A stretch of DNA of 32,000 nucleotides from Candidatus Nitrosopumilus koreensis AR1 (GCF_000299365.1 NC_018655.1:450001-482000), one strand, 5' to 3'; numbered from the stretch's first letter, positions 1 to 8,931 are shown. The notes: generated by a model not told the origin, from the sequence alone. Made by a program: numbers and translations.

Positions 1-768
1 GTGAGCTTTTGCAACCACTTCTTCTTCTCTTTTTATTCCAAGCGGAGATTTTACTCTGGCTTGTGCACGCATGAACACATTTCCTATCAATCCTGTTAAC
101 AAGACATGATCTGCACGTCCATTTTGAATGAGTAATTTGATTGCCTCAAGTCTGTCTGGTACTTTAGATCCTCCAAGAACTATCACATGAGGCGCTTTAG
201 CTACAGTCATGATTTCATCTAGGTTTCGAACCTCTCTTTCAACAATTCTTCCTGCACATGCAGGTAATACTTGTGGAAAACCAACAATTGATGGGTGTGA
301 TCTGTGAGCACTAGGAAATGAATCTAATACACAAAGATCAAATAGTTTGGCCAAGCGTGTCACCATTATTGTTTTTGCTGCATTCTCTGGTGTAAACTCG
401 TAGTTTTCTTCTGCACATAATCTGAGATTATCTAAAAGTAGAATGTCTCCATTTTCTAAATTCTTAATTGCATTTTGTGCAGCTTCTCCAATTACATCTT
501 CGACATATTTTATTTTACGATTCATCAATTTTTCAAGAACTTTTGCATGTTTGTCCATACCGGTATAATCATTATTTCCAACTCTTCCTTGGTGTGATGC
601 AACTACTACTTTGGATTCCTTTAGTGATTGTAATGTTTCAATAGCTTCTTCAATTCTTTTAGTGCCTGAAATCTCCATTGTTTCTGGATCAATTGGACAA
701 TTCATGTCGACCCTCAAAAAAACAGTTTTACCTTTTAAGTCAAAATCGTCTAGTGTGAGTACCTTCAC
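1..768 (-). CDS. pgk: phosphoglycerate kinase; C-terminal part lies outside the window
   Basis: This minus-strand ORF is open from position 1 and is absent from the supplied track because it is truncated. It starts at GTG 768 (VKVLTLDDFDLKGKTVFLRVDMNCPI). It shows PGK hallmarks: RVDxNxP, SHQGR, LLDNLR..EE, DSFPSAHRSHPS and VLGGSKVPDRLE. Confidence 0.85.
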   Translation of the reverse strand, partial: MKVLTLDDFDLKGKTVFLRVDMNCPIDPETMEISGTKRIEEAIETLQSLKESKVVVASHQGRVGNNDYTGMDKHAKVLEKLMNRKIKYVEDVIGEAAQNAIKNLENGDILLLDNLRLCAEENYEFTPENAAKTIMVTRLAKLFDLCVLDSFPSAHRSHPSIVGFPQVLPACAGRIVEREVRNLDEIMTVAKAPHVIVLGGSKVPDRLEAIKLLIQNGRADHVLLTGLIGNVFMRAQARVKSPLGIKREEEVVAKAH

Positions 769-903
769 GCCTTTTCTATTATCCACTTGGTTAAATTCTT
801 TGAGCCGATCAGAATTATTTTATCAATTCCTTTTCAACAACAATGATTTCCAAAACTTATCTATTGACAAAAATTAAAAGATGCATACATGGAGTTTGAT
901 TGA

Positions 904-1572
904 TTGCAAAACTGGCTTTTTGATATTAGGTCTCGCTCATTTGTATTACTGACAATTTTATTTTTAATTCTAACTGGATTTGTCTATTCGGGAATCACAG
1001 ACAGCTTTGATCAAAGTGTTGTTTTATTTTTCTCTCAAAATATTGGAAATCCAACTCTTGACATTGTAATGCAGTATGTTACAGAAAGTGGTGATGTCTT
1101 TAACATGCTAATGTTTGGAATTCTGATGTTAATTATTCCTAAAACTCGAAGAATTGGAATTACCTTAATGATTCTAATTGTGTTGTCTACTCTTCTAACT
1201 GGCTACATAAAATGTGGAGTTGACCGTGACAGGCCTGATTTTGATTATGAGGGTGTAGAATTTCCTGTAGAAATCAGCCGCGATACTTTTGCCCTGTTCT
1301 GTGAAGGAGGATTTGATGCATCTTATCCATCTGGACATGCTGCTAGGTCTATGATATTTGGAATAATTTTAGGCTATGCATTATCTGAGAGATTCCCACG
1401 TGGGGCATATTTGATGTTCTTGTATCCTGTAATGATCTCTGTGAGCAGAATCTATGTTTTACAACATTATCCTATGGATGTGATAGGAGGGGCTGTCATT
1501 GGAATAATGCTTGCAGGTGTAATGGCAAATAGAACTAAACTCTATAAAATTTTTGAAAAATCAAAAACCTAA
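904..1572 (+). CDS. PAP2-family (type 2 phosphatidic acid phosphatase-like) membrane phosphatase
   Basis: All three PAP2 motifs are present: KCGVDRDRP, YPSGHA and SRIYVLQHYPMDV. The protein has several hydrophobic helices. The start is a TTG and is uncertain. Confidence 0.75.
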   Translation: MQNWLFDIRSRSFVLLTILFLILTGFVYSGITDSFDQSVVLFFSQNIGNPTLDIVMQYVTESGDVFNMLMFGILMLIIPKTRRIGITLMILIVLSTLLTGYIKCGVDRDRPDFDYEGVEFPVEISRDTFALFCEGGFDASYPSGHAARSMIFGIILGYALSERFPRGAYLMFLYPVMISVSRIYVLQHYPMDVIGGAVIGIMLAGVMANRTKLYKIFEKSKT

Positions 1573-1890
1573 TTCTGTCAATGCTGAATTACTGATCAAA
1601 ACTATTGCATAGTGGTCATCATCATGATGATATGTCCAATACCTGACATCTCGGATTTCATTTTTTTGTCTTAATCCATGAGTTACCCCTGTTGTAACAG
1701 TGTATCCAATTCTTTTTGCTAATTTTGATTCTTTTGGCATCAAAACTCTGAATCCTTCCTTTTTATCTTGGAATCCGATTCTCACCATGTCTTCCACAGC
1801 ATTTGATGCTTCTTTTTCATCTTTTAGATCATATGTTTTAGAAATTGGCAAGTCTTTTGGATGAAAATCCATGATTATTATCAAATTCAT
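1561..1890 (-). CDS. hypothetical protein
   Basis: A 109-aa ORF with no motif I recognise. Its 3' end overlaps the PAP2 gene convergently by 12 nt. Confidence 0.4.
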   Translation of the reverse strand: MNLIIIMDFHPKDLPISKTYDLKDEKEASNAVEDMVRIGFQDKKEGFRVLMPKESKLAKRIGYTVTTGVTHGLRQKNEIRDVRYWTYHHDDDHYAIVLISNSALTELGF

Positions 1891-1997
1891 TGACTAATAT
1901 TTTTTAAAAAAATGATTTTGGCGATCAATATTAGTTAATTTTCTTAACTGGTAAGTCAAATCCTGATTATATTAACAACTTAATCGACTCTTTTGAT

Positions 1998-2864
1998 TTG
2001 TTTGAATCATTGGAATCCTTAGAAAAAACAGTTCTACAGCTGCGTAAAAAACAACAAGAAGCAACCAGACTAAGAAAAAAAGCAGAAAAACAACTCAAAG
2101 AAGTTCTTTCTGCTCAAAGACGATCTTCTTCAGGTCTTAATTCTATCGATAAAAAAATTGAATCTGAGAAAGAAGATGCTTCTGATGTTTCTGATGTTCT
2201 TAACCAAAAAAACTCCCAATTGGCAAGTATTGAAAGGCTAATTCAGGCTGCTGAGGAAAGATTGACTAGAGAAAAAGAGGCAATTGAACAGACTGAGCAA
2301 GAAATTGAATTTTCTGAAAATCCTGAAGAAAAACAATATGCTGAATCCAGATTACGTTCACTCCGAGATCATGTTGAGGAATTAATTTCTGAAATTAAAA
2401 ACAGGCAAAAAACTGCCAAAAAAATTGCTGATGATGTTGCCAAATTTGATACAATAAAATCAAAGATTTCTACTAAAATTCAAAAACAATCTCAAGCAAA
2501 ACCTTCCTTACGTGAGACAATGATGTCTAGTAAGAAAGATGCCGAGAAATTTGTAAAAGAATTAGAAAGACGAAAAAAATCTGAATCATCTGTTAAAAAG
2601 GCATTAGAGAAGGCATCATCAAAACTAAGGGAATTTTTAGATAAACAAAGAAAAACTGCAGCTAAAAAGAAAGCAACCAAAAAGAAAGCAACCAAAAAGA
2701 AACCCGCAAGAAAAACTGCAGCTAAAAAGAAAGCAACCCAACCAAAAAGAAAGCAACCAAAAAGAAAGCAACCAAAAAGAAAGCAACCAAAAAGAAAGCA
2801 ACCAAAAAGAAAGCAACCAAAAAGAAACCCGCAAGAAAAAAACGTTAAACTATTTTTTCTATAA
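1998..2864 (+). CDS. coiled-coil protein with a Lys/Ala/Pro-rich, histone-H1-tail-like C-terminus
   Basis: About 215 aa of heptad-like, E/K/Q-rich sequence is followed by KKKATKKKATKKKPARKTAAKKKAT and then (QPKRK)x5. The start is a TTG. The C-terminus is encoded by a 15-bp tandem repeat. Confidence 0.6.
   Translation: MFESLESLEKTVLQLRKKQQEATRLRKKAEKQLKEVLSAQRRSSSGLNSIDKKIESEKEDASDVSDVLNQKNSQLASIERLIQAAEERLTREKEAIEQTEQEIEFSENPEEKQYAESRLRSLRDHVEELISEIKNRQKTAKKIADDVAKFDTIKSKISTKIQKQSQAKPSLRETMMSSKKDAEKFVKELERRKKSESSVKKALEKASSKLREFLDKQRKTAAKKKATKKKATKKKPARKTAAKKKATQPKRKQPKRKQPKRKQPKRKQPKRKQPKRNPQEKNVKLFFL
2649..2848. repeat. 15-bp-periodic tandem repeat (aaaaagaaagcaacc and variants) arranged as two macro-units, with a 5-bp phase break
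   Basis: Macro-unit 1 (2649-2708) reads agaaaaactgcagct + 2x aaaaagaaagcaacc + aaaaagaaacccgca. Macro-unit 2 (2709-2833) has the same architecture but with 1+5 core units and an extra caacc at 2739-2743. Confidence 0.9.
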
Positions 2865-2897
2865 CCTTAAAGTAGGTTTTACCTAAGTGTCTTTATA

Positions 2898-3503
2898 ATG
2901 AAAAAACGTGGACCTATTATTTCTATTTCAGGAATTATTTTGGTGATGATTTCTCTTTCTATTGCCGTATCTGCAGTTCCAACCAATGCTACTAGCCCTG
3001 GTGATTTCTCTGTCTCTTCATTGTTTGAAGGTATGTTTGATGAAATATCTAATGAAGCTGAAATTATGCCTGGTGATTCAGCCTATTTTTCCTACACGAC
3101 TTATTCGTCAAACATTCCTCTATTGTGGGGTGTTCAAATTCTTAACTATCAGGCCGGAGATGAATTATCTATAACAATTTCAAATATTTTTGGTGATAGT
3201 TATGGAACATTTGTTCAAGATGAACCTATTCTTTTTGAAGTGTTGCAAATATCCCAATCTGATACGTTAAATCTTGAAATTCAAAACCTTGGCACTAGAA
3301 GCGTTACTATAGTTGCTATGTTTTCTGAAGATCCAGAAAATTCTGAATCTTTGACAAATCCTAATTCTCCTGTTATGAGTATGGTTTTACCATTGATGAT
3401 TTCTGGATTTTTACTTATTTTGGGAATAATTGTGTCTATAATTGGTGCTGTCATAATACTAGTAGATCTGAAAAATAATCAAGACAATAAAAGAAATTAT
3501 TGA
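2898..3503 (+). CDS. hypothetical extracytoplasmic protein with an N-terminal signal/anchor and a C-terminal TM helix
   Basis: There is an N-terminal hydrophobic stretch (IISISGIILVMISLSIAVSAV) and a C-terminal one (VLPLMISGFLLILGIIVSIIGAVIILV). The middle of the protein is S/T/N-rich. Confidence 0.55.
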   Translation: MKKRGPIISISGIILVMISLSIAVSAVPTNATSPGDFSVSSLFEGMFDEISNEAEIMPGDSAYFSYTTYSSNIPLLWGVQILNYQAGDELSITISNIFGDSYGTFVQDEPILFEVLQISQSDTLNLEIQNLGTRSVTIVAMFSEDPENSESLTNPNSPVMSMVLPLMISGFLLILGIIVSIIGAVIILVDLKNNQDNKRNY

Positions 3504-3811
3504 GGATTTACTTCCATCTGACCAAATTTACCTTTTGTTAAGGACACTTCACCTTTGAATTCATTGGTATATCCATTTGTGATTACAACAACATCTCCAA
3601 CATTTACTGCTTTGATATCGTCTCCCCACAATGTCAATTTCATTTGGTCATCTTCCGTTTCACCATCAGCTATTACTGCATCACAGACATCAACTGTTCC
3701 TCCATTTTTTAGATTAACAGTTCTTGGGTCCCCTTTGCTTTTCACTTCTGCTTTAGCATTTATTCCACTTCGCATTTTTTTTACTTGTGAAATTGGTATG
3801 AATTCTGCCAT
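3497..3811 (-). CDS. single OB-fold nucleic-acid-binding protein (RPA/SSB-like)
   Basis: The 104-aa product shows an OB-fold pattern: INAKAEVKSKGDPRTVNLKNGGTVDVCDAVIADGETEDDQMKLTLWGDDI..VGDVVVITNGYTNEFKGEVSL. A TATA-like gcttataatc lies about 25-34 nt upstream. Confidence 0.65.
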   Translation of the reverse strand: MAEFIPISQVKKMRSGINAKAEVKSKGDPRTVNLKNGGTVDVCDAVIADGETEDDQMKLTLWGDDIKAVNVGDVVVITNGYTNEFKGEVSLTKGKFGQMEVNPQ

Positions 3812-3932
3812 GTATTTTTGAATCCATTGAGCACGATTATAAGCTTTGTTAAAATTTCTTCAAAACAATAGATCATTTTTTGGATTTTTCCAAATAGTAA
3901 TCGAAAAATACTGCTCTTGGCCCATTCTCATT

Positions 3933-4033
3933 GCAGAGATATCGAAGCCCGGTCAACCGAGAGGGACTCAAGATCATCCAAATAGGAAATCCCTTCTTTT
4001 AGGAGTTCGTGGGTTCAAATCCCACTCTCTGCA
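3933..4033 (+). tRNA. tRNA-Leu (anticodon CAA) with a ~16-nt intron
   Basis: The acceptor stem is GCAGAGA/TCTCTGC with discriminator A. The D loop is AGCCCGGTCAA. The anticodon stem AGGGA/TCCCT is interrupted after CTCAAG. There is a long variable arm (TCTTTTAGGAGTTC) and a T arm GTGGG-TTCAAAT-CCCAC. Confidence 0.85.
3973..3988 (+). other. tRNA-Leu intron (boundaries ambiguous by up to 3 nt because ATC flanks both junctions)
   Basis: The sequence atcatccaaataggaa separates CTCAAG from A-TCCCT. Removing it restores a 7-nt anticodon loop and a 5-bp stem. Confidence 0.7.
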
Positions 4034-4049
4034 CTAATTTAATTCAAAA

Positions 4050-4172
4050 TTAAGCAACAAGTGCTTTTACTTTACTTACAGAATGCTCTGAAATCTGTTT
4101 GTGCATTTCTGCTACATTTTCGTCCTTGAAAGATAGATTGCATCTAAAACACTTCCAAATCATCTCGGACAT
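4050..4172 (-). CDS. 40-aa C2H2-type zinc-finger protein (below the ORF-track length cut-off)
   Basis: The translation is MSEMIWKCFRCNLSFKDENVAEMHKQISEHSVSKVKALVA. It has C-x2-C-x12-H-x6-H spacing, close to the classic C-x2-4-C-x12-H-x3-5-H, with the conserved Phe three residues after the second Cys. A TATA box is centred about 27 nt upstream of the ATG. Confidence 0.55.
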   Translation of the reverse strand: MSEMIWKCFRCNLSFKDENVAEMHKQISEHSVSKVKALVA

Positions 4173-4194
4173 GCATGACTATAGGTGTAATTTG

Positions 4195-4202
4195 CTTATA
4201 AA
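4195..4202 (-). promoter_or_regulatory. TATA box (TTTATAAG on the minus strand) for the small zinc-finger ORF
   Basis: The element is centred about 27 nt upstream of ATG 4172, which fits an archaeal leaderless transcript. Confidence 0.45.
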
Positions 4203-4356
4203 GATATTGCATGATTGATCCAATTTTTTACAATACATGATCATTGTTATGAAAAATTTGTAATTTTTTAATTTTTTGGATCAGAATCAAATTATTTCAT
4301 GACTAAATCCAGATCCAAGGGTTTAGAAACAAAAAAACTAGCATAATCTTTGAAAG

Positions 4357-4977
4357 ATGGCAGATATTTTTGAAATTTTTGGGGAATTATCGTATTTTGG
4401 AATATTTCTTGTACTAATTCTTGTAAATGCTTCCCCCATTTTGATGCCTCCAAGCTGGATTGTTCTTACATCGTTTTATCTTCTTGACCCAAACTTGAAT
4501 GTGATTTTTCTTGCCATGATTGGCGCCACTGGTGCTACTATTGGTAGATTTTTTCTAAAAAAAATTAGTGGATTATTTAGAAAATTTGTTGGGGAAGAGC
4601 AAAAATCTAATCTTGATATAATTGGAGATTATCTAAATCACAAAAAATATGGTTATTTGATTGCATCATTTCTTTTCGGTGCTACTCCTCTCCCAAGTAA
4701 TATGCTATTCATCACTTATGGGTTAATGCGTGCAAAAAGCATTGGAATCTATATTGGATTTTGGTTTGGCAGAACAATCTCGTACATTATAATGATTTAT
4801 TTTGGAAATACTGTTTTGCAACCTTTTCTAGAAATTTTTGAAGACCGACTTACTGGTATATTGTTAATTGACGGTGTTGGGATAGGGATAATTGTACTTT
4901 TTGCATCTATAAACTGGACAGTATTAATTACTCAGAGAAAAATAAAATTCGTAAAACCAAAAATATGGAGATTCTAA
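4357..4977 (+). CDS. DedA/YqaA-like (SNARE-associated/VTT domain) membrane protein
   Basis: The 206-aa product is polytopic and hydrophobic, with a LVNASPILMPPSWIVL segment and G/R-rich loops resembling the DedA family. The assignment is tentative. Confidence 0.5.
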   Translation: MADIFEIFGELSYFGIFLVLILVNASPILMPPSWIVLTSFYLLDPNLNVIFLAMIGATGATIGRFFLKKISGLFRKFVGEEQKSNLDIIGDYLNHKKYGYLIASFLFGATPLPSNMLFITYGLMRAKSIGIYIGFWFGRTISYIIMIYFGNTVLQPFLEIFEDRLTGILLIDGVGIGIIVLFASINWTVLITQRKIKFVKPKIWRF

Positions 4978-5598
4978 ATGAAGGTTCTTGAATTACTCAA
5001 AAGAGACATAAAAAAAATAATGGAAAATGACACTGCCCATGATTTTGAACACATTATGAGAGTATACAAAAATGCACAAAATATTTGTAAAAAAGAAAAA
5101 GCAAATGAAAAATTAGTTTTGAGTGCTGCACTATTACATGATATTGTCTCTTATCCAAAATCTCACAAGCGCTCAAAAATGTCTTCTATTGAAAGTGCAA
5201 AAAAATCAAAACAAATTCTAAAAAAATATGGTTACTCTGAAGATGAAATTACAATAATTTCTGATGCCATACGTGATCATAGTTTCTCCCAAAAGAAAAT
5301 TCCTAAAACAATTGAAGGGAAAATACTCCAAGATTCTGATAGGTTGGATGCATTAGGTGCAATCGGAATTGCTAGAGTTTTTGCTACGGGCGGTTCTCTG
5401 AAAAGACCATTTTACAACCTTGATGATCCATTTTGCAAAAAACGAACTCCTGATGATAAAATATGGACCGTAGATCATTTCTTTCAAAAATTACTTAAGC
5501 TTGAATCATTAATGAATACAAAATCTGGGAAAATCGAGGCAAAAAGAAGAACTAGAATTCTAAAAGAATATCTTAAACAACTACAACAAGAAATCTAA
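4978..5598 (+). CDS. HD-domain metal-dependent phosphohydrolase
   Basis: It has H..HDFEHIMRV, LLHDIV and DSDRLDALGAIGIAR motifs. Its ATG abuts the TAA stop of the upstream gene (TAAATG). Confidence 0.8.
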   Translation: MKVLELLKRDIKKIMENDTAHDFEHIMRVYKNAQNICKKEKANEKLVLSAALLHDIVSYPKSHKRSKMSSIESAKKSKQILKKYGYSEDEITIISDAIRDHSFSQKKIPKTIEGKILQDSDRLDALGAIGIARVFATGGSLKRPFYNLDDPFCKKRTPDDKIWTVDHFFQKLLKLESLMNTKSGKIEAKRRTRILKEYLKQLQQEI

Positions 5599-5906
5599 CC
5601 GTAATCAACATATCTATCGTATCTTTTCTCAATCTCTTTATTCAACCCTGAAACTATCTTCTTATACTCTTCTTTTTTTCTAAAATCGATATACTTTCGG
5701 ATGGCATCAAATTCTTCATCATCAGGATATGACTCAAAGATTGGTTCTGCCATCTTTAGATATTCTAAAGTTTTTTCACGAAATTCTTCCCTTGTAGGTT
5801 TTTTGATACCCTTCATTCTGAATTCTACTGATGCCCAACTTGCACCTATGACATGTGGCAGTAAATCAAATGCCCTTTGGATCTCGTAACGCTCGTCGTT
5901 TCTCAT
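5595..5906 (-). CDS. hypothetical protein, likely co-transcribed with hemB
   Basis: A 103-aa ORF whose start overlaps the hemB stop (ATGA overlap). I recognise no motif. Confidence 0.5.
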   Translation of the reverse strand: MRNDERYEIQRAFDLLPHVIGASWASVEFRMKGIKKPTREEFREKTLEYLKMAEPIFESYPDDEEFDAIRKYIDFRKKEEYKKIVSGLNKEIEKRYDRYVDYG

Positions 5907-6883
5907 GATTCTTGAAGAAATCTTGAAGCAGATTTTGCAAAATAAGTCACGATCATGTCTGCTCCTGCTCTCTTTATTGAATATAGTATCTCTTCTGTCA
6001 TGTCCTTCTCATTTACATATCCTAGTTGTGATGCTGCCTTTACCAAAGCATATTCTCCAGAAACACTATAAGCTGAAACTGGAACGTTAAACCTTCTTCT
6101 TGTTTCTGCAATCAAATCTAAATATGATAATGCGGGTTTTATCATGACAATGTCTACTCCTTCATTGATGTCAGTTTCTACTTCCATCATTGCTTCTCTA
6201 GCATTTGTATATGGAACCTGGTATGTCTTTCTGTCTCCAAACTTTGGTGCACATTCTGCAGCATCTCTAAATGGGGCATAAAAGTTTGAGCGATGTTTAG
6301 CTGAATGTGACATTATTGAGACATCTGAAAAACCTTCATCATCAAGTGCATTTCTTATTGCTGCAACTTGCCCATCCATCATTGCAGAAGGTGAAACGGT
6401 ATCGACTCCTGCTTTAGCTTGGCTTACTGCAATTTTTGAAAGTGTTTCTAAACTAGTATCGTTATCAATCTTGTTTCCCTGAATAATTCCACAATGCCCT
6501 GTGGATGTAAACTGGCATAGACATACATCTGCCATGATTACTATCTTGTCTCCAAAATTTTCTCTAATTTGTGAAATTGCTTTTTGAACAATTCCGTTAT
6601 CCTCAAATGCAGAAGAGCCTACTTCATCTTTTTGAGTTGGAATGCCAAATAACATAATGGCAGGAATACCTAAATCGCTAATGGTTCCCACCTCATCATT
6701 AACATCTTCTAATGGCAATCTTTCAATTGCTGTCATTGACTCCACTTTTGTTCTTGTTTTAAGATCTTCTTGAACAAATACAGGACAAATGAAATCCTTT
6801 GGAGAAAGCGTAGTCTGTTGTATTAACTCTCTCATTTTTTCTGATGTTCTTAATCTGCGGAGACGTCTGGTTGGAAATGACAT
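5903..6883 (-). CDS. hemB: porphobilinogen synthase (delta-aminolevulinate dehydratase)
   Basis: It has RRLRRLR near the N-terminus, the active-site region DVCLCQFTSTGHCG, MIKPALSYLD and SGEYA. Confidence 0.9.
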   Translation of the reverse strand: MSFPTRRLRRLRTSEKMRELIQQTTLSPKDFICPVFVQEDLKTRTKVESMTAIERLPLEDVNDEVGTISDLGIPAIMLFGIPTQKDEVGSSAFEDNGIVQKAISQIRENFGDKIVIMADVCLCQFTSTGHCGIIQGNKIDNDTSLETLSKIAVSQAKAGVDTVSPSAMMDGQVAAIRNALDDEGFSDVSIMSHSAKHRSNFYAPFRDAAECAPKFGDRKTYQVPYTNAREAMMEVETDINEGVDIVMIKPALSYLDLIAETRRRFNVPVSAYSVSGEYALVKAASQLGYVNEKDMTEEILYSIKRAGADMIVTYFAKSASRFLQES

Positions 6884-6914
6884 ATTAAAAATTCTCTTTG
6901 GGTAAAATATAATC

Positions 6915-8186
6915 CTAGTCTACCTGTTCTTGTTTTTTATAGTCAAACAGTTTACTTGCAAGGTTCACTACCTCTGGATTGCCTTGTTCAGATGCTTTTC
7001 TGATATTGTTCATTGGAGTTGAAACAATGCTTTCTACTACTGCTTTGGTTAATTCATCAATTATTTTGATTCTTTTCTCGTCTTTTTCATCTAACATTTG
7101 AAGTGCCTTTTGTAACTCTTTTTCTCTAAGTGAATCAATATTCTTGAATACATCTTTTACAAGTGGTTCTGCATCTAGTCTTTTCATTGAGGCTTCCAAT
7201 ACTAGTACTTCTTCGTTAATTATATTTTCAACGGTTTTTACCTTGTTTAATCTTGCATTCATGTTCTTCTCTACCATCTCTGCAATTTGGTCTAGATTCA
7301 TCAACTTCACTCCTCCAATGGTTGCAACTTTTTCATCTACTGTTCTTGGATTTGATAAATCTAAAATCATCATACCTCTGTTTTTGTCTTTCATTGCTTC
7401 TATAATCCGTTCATATGTAACAAGAAAATATGGTGCAGTTGTTGCTACAAATATTACATCATAGTTATCAAATCCTGAAAGAACTTGTTCAAATTTAACT
7501 GGGCTTCCTCCCATAGTTTCACAAAATGTTTCTGACCTGCTTAGCGTTCTGCTAGTTACATCAAATGCATATCCACGTCTTTGTAATGATTTTGCAACTA
7601 GTGTGGAAACCTCTCCAGTACCAATAAGCAATGTTTTCTTTGTTTTTAACTCATCAATGTTTTCTTCTGCAAGTTTTACTGCCATTGAGCCAACTGAAAT
7701 TCCTCCTTTACCAATTCCGCTAGAGTTTCTGATTCTAGTTCCCATTCTGATTGCTTTATCAAATAATGTGTTGAGATGTTGACCTGATGCTTTCTTCTCC
7801 CTTGCTGAAGTAATAGAATTTTTAATTTGGCCTAGTATTTGCTCTTCCCCTAATACCATAGAGTCTAATCCTGATGTTAATTTCAATAAATGATGCAAAG
7901 CATTTTTGTTCTCTTCAATTTCCATGTTTTCATCAAAAACTTGTTCCTCTAGCCCTGCTAATGATGCCCATGTCTTCTTTATCTTATCAAACTCTTGATC
8001 TTTTGATCTTCCAAACAACTCTATTCGATTACATGTTTGAATTATAACACATTCCTCTAATCCTGAATGTTTTTTGAATTTGTCATATGCCTCTTCAATG
8101 TCTTTTATTGTAAACTGTTCTAAAATATGGATTGGTGAATTACGAAAAGTTACACGTGCGTTAATGATATTTTGATTCATTCCCAA
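6915..8186 (-). CDS. hemA: glutamyl-tRNA reductase
   Basis: It has IIQTCNRIELF, a GEEQILGQIK motif, a Rossmann segment LLIGTGEVS and a C-terminal dimerisation helix. Confidence 0.9.
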   Translation of the reverse strand: MGMNQNIINARVTFRNSPIHILEQFTIKDIEEAYDKFKKHSGLEECVIIQTCNRIELFGRSKDQEFDKIKKTWASLAGLEEQVFDENMEIEENKNALHHLLKLTSGLDSMVLGEEQILGQIKNSITSAREKKASGQHLNTLFDKAIRMGTRIRNSSGIGKGGISVGSMAVKLAEENIDELKTKKTLLIGTGEVSTLVAKSLQRRGYAFDVTSRTLSRSETFCETMGGSPVKFEQVLSGFDNYDVIFVATTAPYFLVTYERIIEAMKDKNRGMMILDLSNPRTVDEKVATIGGVKLMNLDQIAEMVEKNMNARLNKVKTVENIINEEVLVLEASMKRLDAEPLVKDVFKNIDSLREKELQKALQMLDEKDEKRIKIIDELTKAVVESIVSTPMNNIRKASEQGNPEVVNLASKLFDYKKQEQVD

Positions 8187-8830
8187 TTCCTCACTATTGT
8201 AATGGCTCTTTTCTCAGCTTTTTTCATCTGACCGTCTTTTATTAACTGATCAATCCCATTATCATTCATGATACTGCGAAGACACTCTTTTCTTTCTGTT
8301 GGAGTTGGAATGTGATCCTTTGCGACCTTTCTTGCGATCTTTTGAATTTTAATTTGACTGATATCCGCTTTTGTAATTATCTCTCTAAACACCCTTTCTG
8401 ATTTTTGTTTGATCTTTTTTGACATTGCAGGACTTTGCCCTCCAGTAAAAATTGCAATCTGAATTATTTTCTCAAAATCAATTATTGCTGGATTTGAAAA
8501 ATCACTTTCTTCGGGGTTATCTGAACTATACGTGATAATTCTTCTTTTTTTCCCTGCACTGATGATTTTTTGATTGAGTTTTTTATCATTGGTTGTTGTA
8601 ATAATAATGTCTGGTTTGAATTCTGAAATGAACCTAGTATCTTGAATTTTTTGTTTTTTTAATTGAATTTTTTTTGATTTTGCAAGTTTGTTGATTTGTG
8701 AGTTTACCTTGTCACTGATCACTGTGATGTCACATTCTTGTTTGATTACAGAATTGATTCTTTTTTGTGCCTCATTGCCTCCTCCAATCACAACTATTGA
8801 TTTTCCATGAAGGTTTAGGTCTACTATCAT
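8177..8830 (-). CDS. sirC: precorrin-2 dehydrogenase / sirohydrochlorin ferrochelatase (SirC/Met8-like, CysG N-terminal type)
   Basis: An N-terminal Rossmann segment KSIVVIGGGNEAQKRI is followed by TGGQSPAMSKKIK. The 217-aa size fits, and the gene overlaps the hemA start. Confidence 0.75.
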   Translation of the reverse strand: MIVDLNLHGKSIVVIGGGNEAQKRINSVIKQECDITVISDKVNSQINKLAKSKKIQLKKQKIQDTRFISEFKPDIIITTTNDKKLNQKIISAGKKRRIITYSSDNPEESDFSNPAIIDFEKIIQIAIFTGGQSPAMSKKIKQKSERVFREIITKADISQIKIQKIARKVAKDHIPTPTERKECLRSIMNDNGIDQLIKDGQMKKAEKRAITIVRNWE

Positions 8831-8931
8831 CGATCAAAAGGGCTGGGATTTCTATTTATGTATTAAATTTTAGCATGTCTACCTAGCTACATTTTTAATT
8901 GAATGAAAGGGTCTTTGTCTTATTGACGTCA

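Noticed and set aside
611-877. The 88-aa plus-strand ORF at the window start.
   Set aside because: It lies antisense to the clearly recognisable pgk coding sequence and has low-complexity S/L-rich content. The same reasoning applies to the many other antisense track ORFs inside well-supported genes, for example 3555-3821, 5701-5889, 7144-7464, 9228-9530, 13677-13892, 15913-16405, 19156-19480, 19696-19980, 21696-21941, 22069-22365, 24274-24802, 27639-28286, 28568-29307, 30162-30344 and 30701-30934.
2637-2834. The tandem repeat as a possible CRISPR array, and the antisense ORF (LLSFW)n.
   Set aside because: The units are only 15 bp, are directly abutting with no spacers, and lie inside a sense-strand coding region. 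The antisense ORF is simply the complement of the lysine-codon repeat.
3846-4037. The 63-aa track ORF.
   Set aside because: It is fully explained by the overlapping intron-containing tRNA-Leu, whose GC-richer sequence keeps a frame open by chance.
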